DNA from: a bacterium
Lineage (GTDB): Bacteria; SAR324; NAC60-12
Reading direction: 5' to 3'
Assembly (NCBI GenBank): GCA_965209155.1
Contig: OZ242383.1
Location: 3,040,001 to 3,104,000 of the forward strand
DNA length: 64,000 bases
Made by a program: the position numbers and the translations under genes
Part shown: positions 25,972-36,179 of the stretch, one piece after another
How positions within the stretch are numbered: the first letter of the stretch is position 1
Layout: each line of letters begins with the position of its first letter
Notes under the pieces: generated by a model
The model's input: only the letters and a program-made list of their open reading frames with translations
What the model was told of the DNA's origin: nothing
Databases searched by the model: none

Positions 25972-27735
25972 ATGGACAATAAAACACACAAGGGTGATGT
26001 TCCACAAATCGAGGCATCGGACTTGGATAAATATCCTTCATTCACGTTTGCGAGTATCACCTTTTCGGATGGAACTAAATTCGAACTTGAACCCACTGAC
26101 ATAGTTGTCTTAGTAGGACCCAACAACTCGGGTAAGAGCGTTTCACTTCGAGAACTTGAGGGACACATTGCTGAAACCTCTGAGGCAATCGTCATCAAGT
26201 CGGTTGAACCACTTAAAGTCGGTACACAAGAAGAATTCGGCAAATTAATAGACAAACATACCCAAGTTAGGATAGATGGAATTAATAGGACCTATTCTAT
26301 ACCTGGCTTTTCATGGTCGTCGCGCAACCATCCAAAATGCAACTGGCCAAACAATTTAAAACCATTTCGTTCATTGTTTTGTATGCGAATACCAACCGAA
26401 AGCCGCATAAATGCCAGTAATCCGGCAGGGTCAATAAATTTTCTGGAGGATCCGATCTCGCACCCGATCCAGATGCTGTATGAGGACGACCAACTTGAAA
26501 AGAAGATCAGCAAGTATTTTCGGTCAGCTTTTGGTGAGGACCTTATTCTCTTTCGTTCAGGTGGGAGTATAATTCCTCTGTTTGTCGGCGATAAACCGCC
26601 TCTGCATTCGGGAGAAGACCGTATATCCAATACTTACTTGAAACGAGTGCGCAAATCAACAAAACCTCTGAATCAACAAGGCGATGGAATGCGCAGTTTT
26701 GCAAGTGTGATCTTGCACACGTTTGCCTCAACTACCCCTACGGTCCTCCTGCTCGACGAACCGGAAGCCTTTCTTCATCCACCCCAAGCCCGGCTGCTTG
26801 GGGAAATCATTGCCAAAGAAAAATCATCTCGCGCTCAACTCTTTGTGGCAACCCATAGTCCTGATGTCCTTCAAGGGTTGGTCAATGTTGCTCCCGAACA
26901 TCTTCGTGTGTTGAGGATACAGCGCAACGGCGATGTCAATCGGGTCAAAGAACTGGACAAAGAACTCGTTAAACAAATCAGCGTCGATCCGTTAATGAAG
27001 TATTCCTCGGTATTGTCTGGCGTGTTCCACGAAAGAGTGATCATCTGTGAATCGGATGCCGATTGTATGTTCTATTCCTCGATTCTCGACATGCCAATGG
27101 TTCACGGAAGGCGTCAACCCGATGTTCTCTTTGTTCATGCTGGTGGCAAGCACCGTATGGCGACTATGGCCAAGACATTGGTTGATTTGGATGTGCCAGT
27201 CGATGTCATCGCAGATATCGATATCCTGAGAGAAGACGATGTCTTCAAACGGATCATTGTTGCATTAAACGGAGATTGGTACAGTATTCAACCGATTGCA
27301 AATCAAGTAAAAAAAGCAATTGAACAGCACAAACCACGGTTAACCGTCGACGAAATTAAAAAAAGAATCAACACGTTACTAGAAAATCTACTGCCAGAAG
27401 ACGAGCTAACAAGAAAGAATCGTTCAGAGATCGAAATAATCTTCCGTAAAGATACCTCGTGGGATAACATCAAGCATGCTGGTGAACCCGCCATTCCGGC
27501 AGGCCAGGCAACGCAAAAATTTCAGGAACTTCAAAGGCTCTGTAGGCAGATGGGCCTATGGATCGTACCCGTTGGTGAGTTGGAGGGTTTCTGTAAGGCC
27601 ATTGGTGGTCACGGTCCGGCTTGGGTACAGCAAGTTATTGAACAGCGAGATCTCGCAAAGGATCCTGATCTTGAACAAGCCCGCAAGTTTGTACGCGAGA
27701 TTTGGATCGCGAATGATCCAGGAAATACACCATGA
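25972..27735 (+). CDS. OLD-family-like ABC ATPase-TOPRIM nuclease
   Basis: GPNNSGKS, QGDGMR, LLDEPEAFLHPP, ATHS; TOPRIM ICESDAD, GGK, ADID. Confidence 0.85.
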   Translation: MDNKTHKGDVPQIEASDLDKYPSFTFASITFSDGTKFELEPTDIVVLVGPNNSGKSVSLRELEGHIAETSEAIVIKSVEPLKVGTQEEFGKLIDKHTQVRIDGINRTYSIPGFSWSSRNHPKCNWPNNLKPFRSLFCMRIPTESRINASNPAGSINFLEDPISHPIQMLYEDDQLEKKISKYFRSAFGEDLILFRSGGSIIPLFVGDKPPLHSGEDRISNTYLKRVRKSTKPLNQQGDGMRSFASVILHTFASTTPTVLLLDEPEAFLHPPQARLLGEIIAKEKSSRAQLFVATHSPDVLQGLVNVAPEHLRVLRIQRNGDVNRVKELDKELVKQISVDPLMKYSSVLSGVFHERVIICESDADCMFYSSILDMPMVHGRRQPDVLFVHAGGKHRMATMAKTLVDLDVPVDVIADIDILREDDVFKRIIVALNGDWYSIQPIANQVKKAIEQHKPRLTVDEIKKRINTLLENLLPEDELTRKNRSEIEIIFRKDTSWDNIKHAGEPAIPAGQATQKFQELQRLCRQMGLWIVPVGELEGFCKAIGGHGPAWVQQVIEQRDLAKDPDLEQARKFVREIWIANDPGNTP

Positions 27736-30700
27736 CAACCAATGACAAACGACTTATTGAGGTGGCTTTTCCGTTGAAGCAGGTTTCGATGGATTCGGTG
27801 CATGAGAAGAACGTGCGGCATGGGCACATTTCCACGTTGCATATCTGGCCGGCGCGACGGCCGTTGGCGGCGTGCCGGGCGGCCCTGATTGCCACGCTGC
27901 TTCCCGATCCTGGCGACTCCGTGCAACGAAAAGCCATCCTGGAGCGGATGGCTGGCCGGGTGGTCGAGAAGATCGAACGCAAGCGCGTGAACGGGCGTGT
28001 GGTCGAGAAGAAGAAGGAGGAAACGGTTGGCGGTATCCTCCACTGGGGTCGTGAACAGGGTCCAGATCTCGAGTGGTTTCGTAAGGAAATTCGTAAAGCC
28101 TATGGCGGTCGCGCCCCTAAGGTACTGGACCCCTTCGCAGGGGGTGGTGCCATTCCCTTGGAAGCGATGCGTCTTGGATGCGAAGTGACTGCCATGGACA
28201 TCAACCCGGTTGCCTGGTTCATTCTCAAATGCACCCTGGAATATCCCCAGAAACTTGCAGGTCAAAGCCTCCCGTTGCCCGGGTTCGCGCTCAAGGATCG
28301 CCCATTCATGGAGGCGTTCCTGAAGGAAAAGCAATTCCAGGGAGAAGGTTTGCGTACCTTGATGAAGCAATTCGGACATGGTGACAACAGCTCGATTCAG
28401 GTTGATGCGCTTCCCCAGGACGACTCGATCAGCCACGCGGATCTCGCCTGGCAGGTTCGTGCCTGGGGTCGTTGGGTGTTAGCCAGGGCACGTAAAAAAT
28501 TGGCTAAATACTATCCCACCTATGCTTCGTTCGAGCCGTTGATGCCGGGTACCGATTTCGAACCACGCCCCCTACGTCTTTTGGAGATCGACGAGGAAGG
28601 CGATCCTCAGACCGAATCACTCAACGACGAGTTCGACAAGGGTTATCTCTCGAATACACAAAATCCGCGTTGGATCGCCAAACCGACGGTGGCCTACCTC
28701 TGGGCGCGTACTGTGACCTGCAAACAGTGCCGGGGTACGCTGCCCCTGCTCAAAACGCGCTGGTTGTGCAAGAAGGAACGCAAGCGCGTGCTGCTGACTA
28801 TGGAACCGGATGCTGAACAGAGCGGGGTGATCTTTGGCGTAGAGAGCGACGTGCCTCAAAACGGTGGCAACGCGGCGCAACGAAGGGAGCACGACAAACG
28901 TATCGGAGCCGGAACCATGACGCGCACCGGGGCTACCTGCCCTTGCTGCGGCATGATCATGACCATGGAAGACATTCGATTGGAGGGTCGAGCCGGCCGG
29001 TTGGCTTCAATGATGACCGCAGTGGTGGTAGATGGAGCGAAAGGTAAGGAATACCGTCTCCCTACGGATCATGAACGGATGGTGGCGGAAGTGACTGAGG
29101 AGCAACTTCATTTACTGTATACGAACATTCCTTTTGGGTTGCCAGAAGAGAAGACGCCAACACAGAGCCAGTTTTCTGGTGTATATAACTATGGTTTAAA
29201 CACATGGCAGAAGTTGTTTACAAAACGGCAGTTATTGGCGATTGGGGAGTTCGTTTTAGCACTGCGCACAATATCAAAGCAAATGACGGATTACCCTGTA
29301 GAATGGAAAGAAGCTCTGGTTGGAATGTGTTTGCCCATCATTAGCCGTATGGCTGACCGAGGAAGCACGTTAGCAACATGGACTAATAACCCAGAAAAAA
29401 TTAGGAGTACTTTTGCACGATTTGCGTTACCAATCACATGGGATTTTTCTGAGTTCGCGCCACTTTCAGACACTACGGGAGGTTTTGTACAATCTGTCGA
29501 TTGGATATTCCGGGTCTGCGAACATCTAATTAAAAGTGCAGTTTCAGTCCGAGGTGGAGAGTGTATTTGTGCTTCAGCAATTACTTGTCCAACTGATAAT
29601 GTTGACCTGATATTAACTGATCCTCCCTATTATGATGCGATTCCGTATTCTGATCTGATGGATTTCTTCTTTGTCTGGCTAAGGCGTTCGATTCCGGGAT
29701 TGTCCGCCGAGATAGATTCGATCTTCTCCAATGCCCTCGGTCCTAAATGGAATCATGAAGTAATGGATGGTGAACTCATAGACGATGCCAGTCGATTTGA
29801 TGGTAATAGAAAGCGGTCCAAACAAAACTATGAAGATGGCATGGTCCGCTCGTTTAGATCTTGTCATGCTGCATTGCGGTCGGACGGGCGGTTAGTCGTC
29901 GTTTTCGCAAACAAAAGTCCGGCTGCTTGGGAGACATTGGCCGCTGCGCTAATTCGTGCCGGCTTCGTAGTTGATGGCTCCTGGCCTATTCAAACTGAGA
30001 TGGGTACCAGAATTCGTGCGATGAGTTCCGCCGCCTTGTCATCATCCGTCTGGATCGTGTGTAAAAAGCGATCCGTTTCTCGTCCGGGTTGGGACCACAC
30101 CGTCCTCGAGGATATGCGGGAGAAGATCAGCCAACAACTGCGTGATTTCTGGGACGCGGGGATTCGCGGACCGGATTTCGTGTGGGCCGCGACCGGTCCG
30201 GCGTTGGAAGCCTTCAGCAAGTACCCCATCGTCAAAAAGGCGAACGACCCGGATCATTTAATGAACGTCTCGGAGTTCCTGCGCGAAGTGCGTCGCCTGG
30301 TGGTCGATTTCGTCGTGGGACGAGTGCTGAGTCACGATGGCGGGCAAGAAACCGCAAGCGGGCTCGACGACGTGACCACCTACTACCTGCTGCATCGCCA
30401 CGACTTTGGTATGGATGAAGCGCCCGTTGGGGGTTGCATCCTCTACGCGCTGTCTTGCAATCTCTCCGACTCGGCCCTGGTGGGTCAGTATGACCTGATG
30501 GCCCGAGCGGGTAAGGGAAACTCCGGCAACGAATTGGAAGAGGGTCTGTCTGCCGGTAGCACGGACGATGAGGTGGAAGAAACGAGTAGCGGAAGCGGCG
30601 CCAAGGTGAAACTGAAACCCTGGCAGCGGCGGCAGGGTCGTAACCTCGGTCTGCCAGCATCCGGTGGGGGGCTCGTACCACTGATCGACCAGGTACACAA

Positions 30701-30926
30701 ACTGATGCACCTCTGGCGCGAAGGGGAGCAAGTGAAAGTTGACGATTACATCGACACGCGGGGTCTACAACGTAACGCATTGTTCCATCAACTCCTGCAG
30801 GCGCTCATCGAACTGGCATCCGTCGATTCCGAAGAACGCTCCATCCTGGAAGCCTTGAGTAACCATGCCATGGCCCGTGGGGACGTCAAGGCGCCGCGCC
30901 AGACTCGATTTCAACTGGGAGCATGA
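27732..30926 (+). CDS. DUF1156 adenine-specific DNA methyltransferase
   Basis: LHIWPARRPLAACRA, DPFAGGGAIPLEA (motif I), TDPPYYD (motif IV), CxxC pairs. Confidence 0.9.
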   Translation: MTTNDKRLIEVAFPLKQVSMDSVHEKNVRHGHISTLHIWPARRPLAACRAALIATLLPDPGDSVQRKAILERMAGRVVEKIERKRVNGRVVEKKKEETVGGILHWGREQGPDLEWFRKEIRKAYGGRAPKVLDPFAGGGAIPLEAMRLGCEVTAMDINPVAWFILKCTLEYPQKLAGQSLPLPGFALKDRPFMEAFLKEKQFQGEGLRTLMKQFGHGDNSSIQVDALPQDDSISHADLAWQVRAWGRWVLARARKKLAKYYPTYASFEPLMPGTDFEPRPLRLLEIDEEGDPQTESLNDEFDKGYLSNTQNPRWIAKPTVAYLWARTVTCKQCRGTLPLLKTRWLCKKERKRVLLTMEPDAEQSGVIFGVESDVPQNGGNAAQRREHDKRIGAGTMTRTGATCPCCGMIMTMEDIRLEGRAGRLASMMTAVVVDGAKGKEYRLPTDHERMVAEVTEEQLHLLYTNIPFGLPEEKTPTQSQFSGVYNYGLNTWQKLFTKRQLLAIGEFVLALRTISKQMTDYPVEWKEALVGMCLPIISRMADRGSTLATWTNNPEKIRSTFARFALPITWDFSEFAPLSDTTGGFVQSVDWIFRVCEHLIKSAVSVRGGECICASAITCPTDNVDLILTDPPYYDAIPYSDLMDFFFVWLRRSIPGLSAEIDSIFSNALGPKWNHEVMDGELIDDASRFDGNRKRSKQNYEDGMVRSFRSCHAALRSDGRLVVVFANKSPAAWETLAAALIRAGFVVDGSWPIQTEMGTRIRAMSSAALSSSVWIVCKKRSVSRPGWDHTVLEDMREKISQQLRDFWDAGIRGPDFVWAATGPALEAFSKYPIVKKANDPDHLMNVSEFLREVRRLVVDFVVGRVLSHDGGQETASGLDDVTTYYLLHRHDFGMDEAPVGGCILYALSCNLSDSALVGQYDLMARAGKGNSGNELEEGLSAGSTDDEVEETSSGSGAKVKLKPWQRRQGRNLGLPASGGGLVPLIDQVHKLMHLWREGEQVKVDDYIDTRGLQRNALFHQLLQALIELASVDSEERSILEALSNHAMARGDVKAPRQTRFQLGA

Positions 30927-32170
30927 GCATGATCACGTCACTGAGACTCGTCAATTTCAAGAACTTCGCCGACGAGACGTTGCGCGTCGGACCCTTCACC
31001 GTGATCGTCGGCGCCAACGCCAGTGGCAAAAGTAACATTCGCGATGCCTTCCGCTTCCTGCACGGCATCGGTTGTGGTGATACCTTAGCCAGTATTTTCG
31101 GCGGGAAATTTGGTGGTCCCAGAATTCCAGAATGGGAACCGATTCGCGGGGCTCCAAATGAAATCGTTCGTTTTGGGTCAGCGCCCTCCAATTTCTCCCT
31201 TGATGTCGAATTGAAATCGTCAGGGATAAATACATACTACTCAATCACGGTCAATTACGAACCGGACAACCCTGCTGGATTCTGCGTATTGCAAGAAGAG
31301 TTGAGAATTGGGTCAAGGCATGTTTACACAGCGAAGAAAGATCAAGACACCCTCTCGCTGGTTGCAGGGGAGGTAACGAAACAGGAGAAAACTCCCCCCT
31401 ATAGCCCCTATAAACCGGCCCTGTCGGATTTTTATCAGAGATACAAGTTCAAGTATTTTTCCGAATCTGAAGCGAGTTTTCACGATGTGTTAGATCGTAT
31501 GAGTTTTATAGAGTTGGTTCCCGAGCGGATGCGGGAACCATCTTTCCCTGGCGCGACTGAATTGGGAGATACAGGCGAGAACTTACCAACATCGCTCGAG
31601 GCAATCTGTGTTGACCCTAAACGAAAGAAGATTCTAGCCGATTGGTTGCAGGAACTGACTCCCATGGATGTGAGTGGTTTCGAATTCCCGCGTGATCCCA
31701 CTGGTCGGGTCCACCTCCAAATCGTGGAGGGGAACGGGAGAAAGGTTTCGGCCTACAGCGCCTCAGATGGTACGTTGCGTTTTCTCGCCATGCTGGCCAT
31801 ACTGCTCGGCCCCCACTCGGGAGGCCTGTATTTCTTCGAAGAAATCGACACGGGCATTCACCCGGCACGGCAATCGCTTTTACTGGAACTGATCGAAAAT
31901 CAGACTGCTAAAGGCACAATTCAGGTCGTCACCACCACGCATGCACCCGACCTGTTGAACCTGGTCAATGACCGGACATTCGAGAATACCTCCGTCGTCT
32001 ACCGTGACGAGGACTCGGAGGACGGCATAATTCGGCCACTGGCGGAAATTCCCAATGCCAGGGAATTACGAAAGACCCAGGGGTTGGGTCGGCTTCTAAG
32101 CGGAGGTTGGATGGAGACCGCGCTTGCGTTCACCGAGGGAAACGACGATGAGGAGGAGAATGAAGAATGA
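30923..32170 (+). CDS. ABC-type AAA ATPase (AAA_21-like)
   Basis: GANASGKSN, SDGTLRFL, FEEIDTGIHP, TTHAP. Confidence 0.88.
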   Translation: MSMITSLRLVNFKNFADETLRVGPFTVIVGANASGKSNIRDAFRFLHGIGCGDTLASIFGGKFGGPRIPEWEPIRGAPNEIVRFGSAPSNFSLDVELKSSGINTYYSITVNYEPDNPAGFCVLQEELRIGSRHVYTAKKDQDTLSLVAGEVTKQEKTPPYSPYKPALSDFYQRYKFKYFSESEASFHDVLDRMSFIELVPERMREPSFPGATELGDTGENLPTSLEAICVDPKRKKILADWLQELTPMDVSGFEFPRDPTGRVHLQIVEGNGRKVSAYSASDGTLRFLAMLAILLGPHSGGLYFFEEIDTGIHPARQSLLLELIENQTAKGTIQVVTTTHAPDLLNLVNDRTFENTSVVYRDEDSEDGIIRPLAEIPNARELRKTQGLGRLLSGGWMETALAFTEGNDDEEENEE

Positions 32171-32730
32171 AAGTTCTCATCATTCCGGAAGATTTCCGCA
32201 ACGATCAATACATTCTGAAGCCATTATTCTTACGACTCTTTCATGCCATCGGCAAACCACGTACGAAAGTCGAGGTTTGTCGCGATCCATTGCTTGGCGG
32301 CGTCGATGAAGCAATGAAAATTCAGCGCATTGAAGAGATTCTGATGCAACATGGTGGGATGACTGATATTTTTATTCTGTGCATCGACCGGGACGGTGAT
32401 AAAAACCGGCGTCAGAAACTTGATCGACTCGAATCGAAATTAGGCAACTCCCATTCATTCCTTGCCGAGAATGCCTGGGAAGAATTGGAGACCTGGGTTC
32501 TGGCGGGTCTGGATTTGCCAAACGAATGGCGGTGGTCCGACGTTCGTAAGGAAGTCCAGGTCAAGGAAGTGTACTTCGAGCGACTAGTCATCAAACGAGG
32601 TTTGTCGGACGAACCTGGCGGTGGTCGAAAAGTACTGGGAGAAGAGGCATCGCGCCGGATTGGCGCGATCCGGCAGAAGTGTCCCGAGGATTTCGACGCC
32701 CTTGCCCGGCGTCTCGAATCCGCTATCTAA
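32167..32730 (+). CDS. TOPRIM-like partner (RloB/DUF4276-like) of the ABC ATPase
   Basis: IIPED, IDRDGD, ELETWVLA acidic motifs; ATGA overlap with the ATPase. Confidence 0.65.
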   Translation: MKVLIIPEDFRNDQYILKPLFLRLFHAIGKPRTKVEVCRDPLLGGVDEAMKIQRIEEILMQHGGMTDIFILCIDRDGDKNRRQKLDRLESKLGNSHSFLAENAWEELETWVLAGLDLPNEWRWSDVRKEVQVKEVYFERLVIKRGLSDEPGGGRKVLGEEASRRIGAIRQKCPEDFDALARRLESAI

Positions 32731-32750
32731 ACTCACTGAACGAGGACAAC

Positions 32751-35700
32751 ATGACAATGAAAGCTTCCTGGAAACCCTGGCACGAGGTCGTGCAACTGCG
32801 TGATGACCTGAAGACCGGTGAACTGGCGTTGGCCGTCTTTGCCGCAGACCTCTACGACGTGGTGATGCAAAAGGGTCAACGGCCGGTCTACGAGCGGCCC
32901 GCCGAGTTCTTTGCCCTGACCTACGCCACATTCAACCTGCGCGAACTGGTCAGGGAGGTCGTTCTGCGCCTGGCCGGCCGGAGTGACAAGGCTTATCGTA
33001 AACTCTCCGTCAATTATGGCGGTGGCAAAACCCACACGCTCATCGCGCTCAGGCATCTCGTAAACGACCCGGACACTTTGCCCGACTTGCCAGCCGTCAA
33101 AGAATTCGAATCACACGCCGGGTTCAAAATTCCCAAGGCACGTGTCTCGGCACTGTGCTTCGACAAGATCGACCTGGAAAAGGGAGTCGAGACGCCAGGT
33201 CCCGGTGGAAGGGCGCGGATGCTCCGGCACCCGTGGAGCGTGCTCGCCTTTCAATTGGCGGGGGCGGAGGGTCTCGCCCTCATCCATGGAGAGGGGAAGG
33301 AGGAGCGTGATACGCCACCGGCGGAACCCCTCCTGGTGGACCTGCTGTCCAAACCCCAGCAAGAGGGTCTGGCGACGCTGGTACTTCTCGACGAGGTGTT
33401 GATGTACATCCGCACCCGCGTGGAAAGCGACCCGAGTTGGCGTGGACGCATGATGAGCTTTTTCCAGTACCTCACGCAAGCCGTGGTCAAGGTGGACCGC
33501 TGCGCCATGGTGGCCTCCCTGCTTGCCTCCGATCCCGGGAAGCACGATGATTTCGGAAAGGAACTCCTGCGAGACCTGTCCGAGGTCTTCGGCAGGCAGA
33601 TGGAAGAAGACGCGAGTCCCGTGAGCAAGGAGGACGTGGCGGAAGTGCTCCGCCGTCGCTTCTTCAAACCCGAATCGATTCGCGATTCCAACGAGTTCCG
33701 TCCACATGTGAATTCGGTGGTGAGCCATATCGCCATGCTCGACGAAGGGACCAAAAAAGAGCGCAAGATTGCGGAAATACGATATTTGAACAGCTATCCC
33801 TTTCACCCCGATCTCAGTGAGATCTTCTACACGCGCTGGACTCAACTCGAGGGATTCCAGCGGACGCGGGGTATCCTGCGAACCTTTGCCATTGCTTTGC
33901 GTGATGCGGAAAAATGGGACACGAGTCCACTGGTCGGGGCCAACGTGCTGTTGAACGAAGCGGGACGGAACGACCTGGCGGAAGCCGCACGAGAACTGGC
34001 CGTCTCTGCCAGCGTAGACGGTGCCGATGGCCGGCACCATGAATGGGCCCCCATCCTGGAAGGTGAACTGGCCAAGGCGCGCGCCATCCAAAGTGAGGTG
34101 ACCGGTTTGCGCCACAGAGAGATGGAGCAGGCGGTTGTTTCGGTTTTTCTCAATTCACAACCAATTGGTCACAAGGCATCGACGGCGGAGTTGATCATCT
34201 TGCTCGGGGCGACGCGGCCCGACAAGATCGAGTTGGCAAAGGCCCTGCTTCGCTGGACGGAAACGTCCTGGTTCCTGGACGAGGTAGAAGTTGCCACGGG
34301 AGAACGGATAGATGGCGCCAGGCAATTGCCCAAATCATGGCGGCTTGGCAATCGCCCCAACCTGCGCCAGATGCATCACGACGCATGCAACACCCGCGTA
34401 CCAACGGCTCTCGTGGAATCGCAGATCGTCAACCAAATCGAAAAACTGAAATCACTCACCTCCGGGGCATCCGCTGCGGGGGCCAGCGTGCACAACCTGC
34501 CGCAAAGGCCGCGCGATATTGCGGATGACGGGGAGTTTCACTACGCCCTTCTTGGCCCGCAAGCGGTTTCGGAATCCGGTAAGCCCAACAAGGAAGCTAA
34601 GCGGTTTATCGACGAGACGACCGCTTCCGATCGCCCCCGCGTTCATCGCAACGCGGTCGTCCTCGCCGTTCCTTCCAGGGATGGCCTCGATGCGGCGCGC
34701 GTACGAATGCGAGAATATCTCGGTTGGCTGGAAGTTCGCGATCAACTCAAGGACCAGCCCATCGACGCGATCCGTGAGCAGGTGCTGACCCAGGAGACGG
34801 AGTCGGCAAGAAAACTGATTCCGCAAGTCATCAGGCAAGCTTACTCCGTGGTGGTCAGTGTCAATGAAGACAACGTCATCCAGGCTTTCAAGGTATCGGT
34901 GAACGACGAGCCCTTGTTCACCACCATCAAGGCCGACAGGCGGGCACGGATCCAGGAAACCGCCATCAGCGCGGAAGCGATGCTCCCCGGCGGACCCTAC
35001 GACTTGTGGCGGGAAGGGGAACCCTCCCACCGGGTCAAGGACCTGGTGGGCGCTTTTGCGCAGTTCCCGAAGCTGCCCAAGATGCTGCGAAGGAAGGAAA
35101 TTCTGGATACCGTGGTGCAGGGCGTGCGATCCGGCATCTGGGTGGCGCAGGTGACGCGTCCGGATCACACGCTGAAGACCTTCTGGCGCTCTGATATCGA
35201 TGAGTCGACGCTCAAGGAAGCGGGTCTGGAAGTGCTGCTTCCCGCTGCTGCGACACTGGACGGACTCGAGCCCGGTTTGCTTGCATTCCAGAAACTCCCG
35301 GGACTGTGGCAAGCGGAAGAAACCAGTGTCCGGGACGTGTACGACTATTTCTCCGGTGGACGCACCGTGCGCATGCCGAGGGAGGGTTACGAAGAGACGC
35401 TTGTCATTCCGAAGTGTGAACCAGCCAATGTCGAGTTCGCCATTTCGCAAGCCATCGAAAAAGGATTGCTGTGGTTGACCAGCGGGCCCGCTTCCTTTCT
35501 CGGCGAACCCGTACCGGATGGAGTGCTCGGCGCTTCGGCTACGCTGAGGCCGCCGCCCGAAGCAATCGCCATTGACGAATTGATGGATGATTCGATTCCC
35601 GACGCTTGGAAAGACGGCAGGACCAATGCCATGGCCATGGCCACTGCGCTGTCGAACAAACGAGGCAGCAACCTGCCTTGGTCTACCGTACGATCAGCCA

Positions 35701-36065
35701 TAGAAAACGGCATCCGGGCGCGATGGATCGAACATTGCGACGTCGATGGCGATTGGCCATGCGATCTCTCGGGTGCTCGTTACGCAATCTTTCAGGTGCC
35801 GGTGAGCAAGGAATTTCACGAAGTTTCGGGAATGCTGAATACGCCAAAACCACAGGGATTGCTCACTGCCGAGGCGACGCTGGAAATTCATGAGATCCAG
35901 GACCTGTATGACCAGATTCCCGAAATCAAAAAGGCGGCCATCGGCAACGATCTCAAGTTCAACGTCCGCATCGAACTCGGGGGAGAAACTGCTCCGGACC
36001 CACAGACGGTGCAAACGATCAACACGCTTCTCTCGGAAGTGTCCGACCATTTGAAGCTCACTTGA
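32751..36065 (+). CDS. DUF499 AAA+ ATPase
   Basis: FAADL, NYGGGKTHTLIAL, LLDE, SYPFHP, FQRTRGILR. Confidence 0.9.
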   Translation: MTMKASWKPWHEVVQLRDDLKTGELALAVFAADLYDVVMQKGQRPVYERPAEFFALTYATFNLRELVREVVLRLAGRSDKAYRKLSVNYGGGKTHTLIALRHLVNDPDTLPDLPAVKEFESHAGFKIPKARVSALCFDKIDLEKGVETPGPGGRARMLRHPWSVLAFQLAGAEGLALIHGEGKEERDTPPAEPLLVDLLSKPQQEGLATLVLLDEVLMYIRTRVESDPSWRGRMMSFFQYLTQAVVKVDRCAMVASLLASDPGKHDDFGKELLRDLSEVFGRQMEEDASPVSKEDVAEVLRRRFFKPESIRDSNEFRPHVNSVVSHIAMLDEGTKKERKIAEIRYLNSYPFHPDLSEIFYTRWTQLEGFQRTRGILRTFAIALRDAEKWDTSPLVGANVLLNEAGRNDLAEAARELAVSASVDGADGRHHEWAPILEGELAKARAIQSEVTGLRHREMEQAVVSVFLNSQPIGHKASTAELIILLGATRPDKIELAKALLRWTETSWFLDEVEVATGERIDGARQLPKSWRLGNRPNLRQMHHDACNTRVPTALVESQIVNQIEKLKSLTSGASAAGASVHNLPQRPRDIADDGEFHYALLGPQAVSESGKPNKEAKRFIDETTASDRPRVHRNAVVLAVPSRDGLDAARVRMREYLGWLEVRDQLKDQPIDAIREQVLTQETESARKLIPQVIRQAYSVVVSVNEDNVIQAFKVSVNDEPLFTTIKADRRARIQETAISAEAMLPGGPYDLWREGEPSHRVKDLVGAFAQFPKLPKMLRRKEILDTVVQGVRSGIWVAQVTRPDHTLKTFWRSDIDESTLKEAGLEVLLPAAATLDGLEPGLLAFQKLPGLWQAEETSVRDVYDYFSGGRTVRMPREGYEETLVIPKCEPANVEFAISQAIEKGLLWLTSGPASFLGEPVPDGVLGASATLRPPPEAIAIDELMDDSIPDAWKDGRTNAMAMATALSNKRGSNLPWSTVRSAIENGIRARWIEHCDVDGDWPCDLSGARYAIFQVPVSKEFHEVSGMLNTPKPQGLLTAEATLEIHEIQDLYDQIPEIKKAAIGNDLKFNVRIELGGETAPDPQTVQTINTLLSEVSDHLKLT

Positions 36066-36179
36066 AATGGCTTCCAACGTGGACGCCTTTACGATGGAAA
36101 AGGCAAGAAACGAGTGTAAGGAACTTATCCATATTCCCATCAATGGATCTACCTCTCACTCGACGGCTAAGAAACTGAG

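Noticed and set aside
25972..27735. Gabija or retron system
   Set aside because: No UvrD-like helicase, reverse transcriptase or msr-msd is adjacent.
17164..36065. BREX or DISARM system
   Set aside because: No PglZ, BrxA/B/L or DrmA/B-type genes were recognised. The methylase is DUF1156-type and the ATPase DUF499-type.
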